The notes under the pieces: generated by a model
Seen by the model: only the letters and a program-made list of their open reading frames with translations
Database searches by the model: none
What the model was told of the DNA's origin: nothing
Part shown: one piece after another, positions 54,294 to 60,785 of the stretch
How positions within the stretch are numbered: position 1 is the stretch's first letter
Layout of the letters: each line of letters begins with the position of its first letter
Translations under genes and position numbers: made by a program
Assembly (NCBI RefSeq): GCF_000485595.1
Contig: NW_014577076.1
Coordinates: forward strand, 1,273,868-1,334,652
Direction of reading: 5' to 3'
From: Priapulus caudatus
Taxonomy: Eukaryota
Length of the DNA: 60,785 bases

Positions 54294-55707
54294 CTTGTAT
54301 GTGTGATCAGATTGTAGATTAGTAGGATGGCGGTCAGGCGTGTCTTTTCTATCCGTCACTTGTGACATCATCACCACTAGGTGTGACGTCATATCTGGTA
54401 GTCCCCGTTAGCCTCACGCTTTTACAGTAGCGGCCATTTATACCCTGTGTCGTCACTGCTGGTACCTAGCTTCTTCGACCGCTCACACTGGCAGCCGTAT
54501 AATTATGATATGACGTCACTGCTGGTGCACCGATATTTTCTCGTTGTATTGTGGCACTTATGCACTCTTAGCAGTGCATGTAGCACAGGTGTGCCTGTAT
54601 AATCTGGCAGCGCAGCAGTGGGTGTTTATTATCAACACTACTGCCACTGGCAACCACGCTGCTGTGTCAATAACCGCATTCAAAGATAAACAGTTGCCGA
54701 AGCCATGCAGTGTGGTTGGTGGCTTGGGAGGCGGGGGAGCTCGGAGTTTTGCCGTAGTGGCCTGGCTCATCGCATACTATCGGTCTTTTATCCGATACCG
54801 GGCAGAATTGCTAATAATTTCGGTCGAAATCAATTTGTAAATGGAATCCACGGGTTTACGATATCTTTGATGGCTGTGAGCTGACAAACAGCAGTGTAAA
54901 GGTTTTATGAAGTTGGAAGAGTATAGAAGTGGGACAAAGAAGCCTCGAGAACTAATCTACTTGGCAGAGCAGCAAGGGTTCGCTTAACAGAATCCTTGAG
55001 TATCATGTTCTAAAATCATGACTGAAAATTGTGTCGTAACGTACGTTTCTTTTATCGTTGATTCGTTGTATTATTTTTCAGAACTAGTACAACTGTACAT
55101 GTATATGACTATATATCTTGGCTGTGACGGTATCTGTGCTAAAGCCATGATATTGCCCACTCGTGCCCCCTGAATGAGGGATGCATATTATATTACTCCA
55201 AACAAATCACTAGATCACATATTATCTGATATCCATGAAATAATGGATATAAATAAAACCATTCAATAGAACATTGAACGTACTCAAACGAAGGTCTAAT
55301 AAACAGTAAAAGTAGTATTAACGCAATGTATGGTCATGAAATCTGAACCTGTTAGAAGAAAGTTTCGTAGAATGTGATATACGTAACCGGGACGAGAAAT
55401 GTGCATGCGTTTGGTTGTCAATAAACTTATGTCCTCGAATTAAAGAACGCAAAAATCATATAGTCATATGTTTTAGTCGAGGAAGTATATAGTATATGAT
55501 TTCTGACGCAGAAATACCAACCTGTAGCAGTTAGCGCATAGACTGACTCCAAGAGTTATCGTGCTTACAAGGTCGTTCACTAAGATTTGCAGAATTAGTC
55601 TATGGGAGTCGAGACGAGACGTAAACACGTTTATTAGTAAGTGCTAGTTGCGCTGACCTGCGTACTAAATAAGTGGTGAGCTACTGATGTGCGTTATAGT
55701 CAGTTCG

Positions 55708-55836
55708 CTATAATATATATATTAATTATATAATATATAATATATATATATATATATAATATATAATATATATATATATAATATATAATATATCTTAAGC
55801 TATATTATTATAAATTATATATAAGCTATATTATTA
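55708..55836. repeat. (TA)n-rich tract
   Basis: Seen directly. Confidence 0.9.
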
Positions 55837-56181
55837 TGTGAATCCACCGGCGAGTGTACACACTGGCTGATGGCCTGTTTTATGTGCTGTCCGGTAGCAG
55901 GTGGCGATGCGGCCAACGCGAGGGGCCGTCACGCGATTTGACCGTTAATCGGCGCCGGTCAATTTGGCGTAGTTAATAGAGCGGCGCGTGTCGCGATCAC
56001 CTAAATGACGCATTATCGATTAGGTCGTAGCTAGAGCGTAGTAGCAGCGTGGGACTGCGCGTCGTTCTGGCGCCATGTCGGCAGCAGTGGACGCGGCGAC
56101 GGCGGGGGCGGAGGAGGCGGCAGCAACAACAGTAGCAGCGCGGTAGTAGCAGTAGTCTGCTTTTAGTGGTAGTAATAGTAG

Positions 56182-56225
56182 CAGGAGTAAGATAATATAG
56201 GAGGTCCTATATTATCTTACTCCTG
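56182..56225. mobile_element. 44-bp TIR-only remnant of the 34772-35590 family
   Basis: CAGGAGTAAGATAATATAGGA-gg-TCCTATATTATCTTACTCCTG, perfect 7-bp TSD ATAGTAG. The first 19 nt are identical to the 34772 terminus. Confidence 0.9.
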
Positions 56226-57072
56226 ATAGTAGTAGTAGCAGTGACAACAGCAGCGACGTAACAACAGAAGTCGCAGTTGTGTGTGTGTTTTGTATTGTGT
56301 ATAGTAACGGTAGTTACCGTGGTACATATCGAGTGGAGCGAAACTGCGGCGGCGGGGGCGTATCATGCGGAGGTCGGCCGAGTGTTGCGTTGATATACTG
56401 CCAAAACAGTGGCGGCTGACGCGCGGGATGGATGAGTAACGCGAGTGCGCTCCGATGTAATCATCTGTGGTCGCCGCCGCCGCTGCTGCTGCCGCCGAGG
56501 CCAGCGTGGCTTTCCCAGTGTTATTCGAGAGCGTCGAAGCGACATTTTTCTAATTGATATTCATGCCGGTCGCTGAGCAAACAGAGCCGCCGGTGTGCGT
56601 AATATGTTTTCATTAATTCCATCTTTTTATTGGCCCGCGCTCGCGTGCTGTGGCGCGGGTAGGATCGGGGGCCGGGCGCAGTGCGTGGGCGGCGCTGGTG
56701 GTGACGTCGTGTGGGGATGTCGGCAGATGATCAGGCCATGGCCTCGCAGTTTGCGTGAGCTTCATTAATTAACGAGGCATTAATGAGGACTAACTGTATT
56801 CACAAGCGCGCAGAAATACACGCCCACACACACCCACGTACACGCACGCACACTAGCACGCGGACAGACATGTGCAGTGGATGGAAGTGCGTGAGCATGT
56901 GAATGAGTATAGGATAGGGGAAACTTAGCGGGGTATTCTTAAACATTTGTTGTTAAGCTCTCACCGTGTAATGTGTAACATCTGCTGGGTGCGAATCGAC
57001 CATCCCAGTATGTCGTTGATGATTCTGTCTACCGACATGAGGAAAACGACGCATATGTAATGATTGACAGGC

Positions 57073-57089
57073 CACGCACACACATGCAC

Positions 57090-57122
<33 letters not shown>

Positions 57123-57141
57123 AACGCGGCGCGCACGCACA

Positions 57142-57182
<41 letters not shown>

Positions 57183-57183
57183 G

Positions 57184-57250
<67 letters not shown>

Positions 57251-57720
57251 CCCCATCACACCCACCACAGGCACGACCAACACAAAAGCACACACGACAC
57301 AGCACACACACACGCACCAAGCGCCGACGCACACACAGACAGACACCACACCCACTCCACAATGACCACTACGCACACCCAACACCCGCCAAAGCCACAA
57401 AACACCCAAAACCAACACGCGCACAGCGCGCGCACACACACCACACAGCGACACCCACCAACTTACACACACACAACAGACACAAAGCACGGAACAGAAA
57501 AAAGCACAACACACACGACACACCAGAATACAACCGAATCAAAAAAAAATCACCAATTAAAAATACAAAAAATATAAAATACAGACAGGCTCGACTAACG
57601 CACACACAACCACACACAACAACAATCACTACATACACAACACAACACAACAATAAACAGGACGACAGCACACACACACACAACCCTCAATACGAAGCAC
57701 TACACACACACATAACCCCC
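57073..57720. repeat. (CA)n microsatellite decaying into CA-rich, probably low-quality sequence
   Basis: Seen directly. Confidence 0.85.
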
Positions 57721-58493
57721 GACCTAACACTAGAAAGATGTTTATCGACATTGAGCGTATGTTAGCGTCTCAACGATGCATATAAAATTCCGCAGATTTC
57801 GCGTTCACATGAAGCACAGTGACAGCTAATACATTCATCTACGTTCACCATACCACTTCTGCGACTATTCGTCTAAAGTCGGGTACTGGTGATCAAAAGT
57901 GACAAGGACTGAAAAGTAGGTCATCGTTTATGTATCGCATCTATGTTTTTATGTCGCTTGGCGCTAATATATCGCTTTCTCGTGCCTGTTTCGCGTGGGG
58001 TAGCCTAGCAACCGCATTGTAATATTGTTCCGCCGCTTCACAGCATGTCATCCACAAATTACAAATGTCGCTCATCTCGGCAGGCTGTTGGCCGCAGCCG
58101 GGAGGAAGAGGTGCGAGCAGAGAGAGTCAGTAAGAAGGGGTAGAAGAGAGAGGCGGCACAGCGTCAAAGGACGCACGAGGATGTGGAAGGGAAGGAGGGA
58201 GGGGAGGGACCTCAAGGAGAGGAGGGAGGAGGAGAAGAGAGCGCGTAAGAAGGCACGAGGCGGGAGTTTCGGTTTGGCCACGACGGCATAGCAAGGCACG
58301 GCGAATACGTGGTGTACTTGCGTTTAGATCGGTCTTTGGTGAGAGCGCCCCCCGTCTACCTACTTGCTAGCATAAGCACAATGATAGACGAATCGTTCGT
58401 GTGCTGATAATACACTCGCGATCTAGGCGTGTAAGCACATTACACAGATGCTCCAAGAAGTGCGATTTGCGGGAAGCTGACTTGAGAGAGGAG

Positions 58494-58532
<39 letters not shown>

Positions 58533-59194
58533 GAGAAGGGGGGGGGGAGTCTATTACGTGGTTGCGACGGGAGCTGAGTGACAGCGGACATTTTATTTGC
58601 GTAGGAGCAGTCAAGCCAAGTACGACAGTAGCAGCAGTACAACAGCACGCAGATAGCAGTAGCAGCTAGCAGGCAGTTACGGCAGTAGCACTAGCAGCAG
58701 TAACCCACAGTAGGCAGTAGGGCAGGCAGGAGGGCAGTAGAAGCGCAAGCGTTTAAAGCCGGCAACTATGCGCATCCAACAAGCTAATTTTACAACGGTT
58801 CGACTACACATATCATGTCGTCATGGCATATCACACTATCCTTATGCGCACAAATAAACTCTCGCTCTCTCCCCATTTCAGTGGTGACGCGTTTGCTAAA
58901 CGCACGAAGAAAGAGGTGCGAAATCTGGTAATCTGGCGCCAACGCATAAATTGTTTCGCCAAGAATCGGTTAGGTGACGTCACATGTTTTTATCTTTGCT
59001 ACACCCGTAACGCAGCACCGCTGCACGGTTGCTTGGCAGGGCAACGCGAACGTGTCAACAAGATCGGAGAATTTTAATAACATTGGAGGTATTTTCAAAT
59101 GCCTTTTATAAGACAACGCGCAGTGAAATGGGAGGAACTAGAGTTTATTTTGTCATAAGGTAGTGTGATTATGCAAGACNNNNNNNNNNGTCTT

Positions 59195-59543
59195 GCATAA
59201 TCACACTACCTTATGACAAAATAAACTCTAGTTCCTCCCATTTCACTGCGCGTTTGCTTAAAACCCACAAGGAAGAGGTGCGAAATCTGGCAATCTGGAG
59301 CCAATGCCAAACAATTTCGCCAAGAATCGGTTAGGTGACGTCACATGTTTTTATCTTTGCTACACCCGTACCACTGTACCGCAGCACCGCTCCACGGTTG
59401 CTTGGCAGAGCAACGCGAAAGTGTCAACAAGATCGGAGAATTTGAACAACATTGGAGGTATTTTCAAATGCCTTTTATAAGACAACGCGCAGTGAAATGG
59501 GAGGAACTAGAGTTTATTTTGTCATAAGGTAGTGTGATTATGC
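59195..59543. mobile_element. MITE with TIRs of about 60 bp; a second, error-rich copy lies at about 58827-59174 across gap 59180-59189
   Basis: GCATAATCACACTACCTTATGACAAAATAAACTCTAG... with its inverted copy at the right end. Confidence 0.75.
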
Positions 59544-60721
59544 ATAACACGAAGTATTTGCTAGTTTAGTACTGGAGAAATTAGCGTTTGGATGCGCATA
59601 GTGCGGCTTTAAAGCGTGTGTGTAGTTCACGCGACGCTACGTGCGCGCCTGAAGCCATATCTCGTTGCCGTGAATGGATTTCACTGTGCATTTGCGCTTC
59701 GTAAAATGCGCCTTAGTTTACGCGCGCTGCGGCCTGGCTCGTCGCGCTGTGTCGTAAAATGGTCGCGACATTCGCCGACAGCTGGCCTCGTTTGGCTAAT
59801 TTCGGCCGTAAATTGAGCGGTGCGGCGAGCTGTGGCGGTGCCGTGGCCGGGCTGACCGGGTTCACAGAGCTAACGAGTTGTGAAATCTGCAATGATTACA
59901 CTGATTGCTACGCGATTCCATGGGAAATGTGCATGCGCGTGTCACCCACTGTACGAGCACTATAATAAAGAGGGTGATACAATCTTCGTGTATATAATAT
60001 GTGTATGCACGTGCTGACACATGTCTCCACGCACGCGCACGGACTCACACACCCGCACGCACGCGTATGTACAAGTGCTGCATGCTTGTGTATGCATTTT
60101 CGGCGCATACACGTGTCTCGTGTCGTTACAACTTGTTCGTCACTCGCCAGATATCTGTTTGTGAGTTACATCATTAGTGTAGATCTACCACCGTTTGCTG
60201 GAAATAACACCCCAGCCTGTCCGGGTGTTCCTAACTTCCTAGATTGCGTTAGATAAATAATCAGTTTCCTTCTCCTACTCTCTTAGTCATCAAATGCCTC
60301 TAGTCTACAGACACAATCTCGTTGGCTATACCCACCAAGGCTATGTATTGACTCAGTAGTGTATTGGGTAGGAAGTCATGGAGCAATTTAATTCGGTGGC
60401 TTATTGTCTAAGTGCTTGCATGTGCAATTAAACTAATTATTTCATCCATGTAAAGAATGTTTTCTCTGATTACCCTTAAGAGATTTCTTATTTTCATCCA
60501 ATCAGAATCCTGTCATCTGCAAAGTCCCGTTTTATTCACTTTTTTTAGTTTCCATCTTTTCAGTCATGTTTTACTGCATAATTATTGATCTTATACATGC
60601 AGATCATTAATGCAAATAAACTGTGCAGCAAATAAATGTGCATTACTGCAATTAATAAAATATTTTTCATGGGATGCTTATCTGCGAGTAAATTACTATG
60701 CCTGCTTCTTATTATATATAT

Positions 60722-60769
60722 CAGGAGTAGATAAAGGGAATTTCAGGATTTCTTTTACTGTACTTCCTG
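60722..60769. mobile_element. Degenerate 48-bp CAGGAG TIR-only remnant in a (TA)n tract
   Basis: CAGGAGTAGATAAAG...CTTTTACTGTACTTCCTG. TSD ambiguous because of the TA repeats. Confidence 0.55.
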
Positions 60770-60785
60770 ATATATATATATATAT

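Noticed and set aside
56953..57765. ORFs up to 233 aa
   Set aside because: (CA)n and CA-rich, probably low-quality sequence.
58827..59543. Tandem duplication and perfect inversion around the gap
   Set aside because: The bases flanking the N run are exact reverse complements and the left copy is error-rich; most likely a scaffolding artefact at a palindromic MITE.

Overview
This is eukaryotic genomic DNA, most likely from an invertebrate animal. It is intron-rich and dense in repeats, and has two 10-N scaffold gaps. Recognisable genes: (1) a complete GID8/TWA1 gene (CTLH/GID E3-ligase subunit) on the minus strand, with 4 coding exons (19973->15167, 233 aa) and canonical GT-AG introns; (2) the first WW-domain exon of an ARHGAP39/Vilse-type RhoGAP on the plus strand (36784-36885), divergent from GID8, whose later exons I did not find in the window; (3) a previously unflagged minus-strand ATG-initiated exon or small ORF (4424->4261) encoding a Gly-rich 7-residue repeat. 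The rest is microsatellites and non-autonomous DNA transposons, many with readable target-site duplications (TSDs): hAT (8 bp), MULE (9 bp), Harbinger/ISL2EU-like (3 bp), a 4.5-kb Academ-like element (3 bp), Helentron/HINE-like elements, and several P-element-superfamily (Galileo/1360-like) foldback elements with 7-bp nTnnnAn TSDs. The most striking observation is six or seven 34-48 bp hairpins made of about 17-21 bp of each terminal inverted repeat (TIR), six of them between readable 7-bp TSDs. This is the structure expected of excision footprints left by a P-type transposase's 17-nt staggered cut. No RNA genes, CRISPR arrays or intact transposase were seen. Nearly all long ORFs in the supplied track are simple-repeat artefacts. 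Superfamily calls rest on termini and TSD length only, not on database searches.
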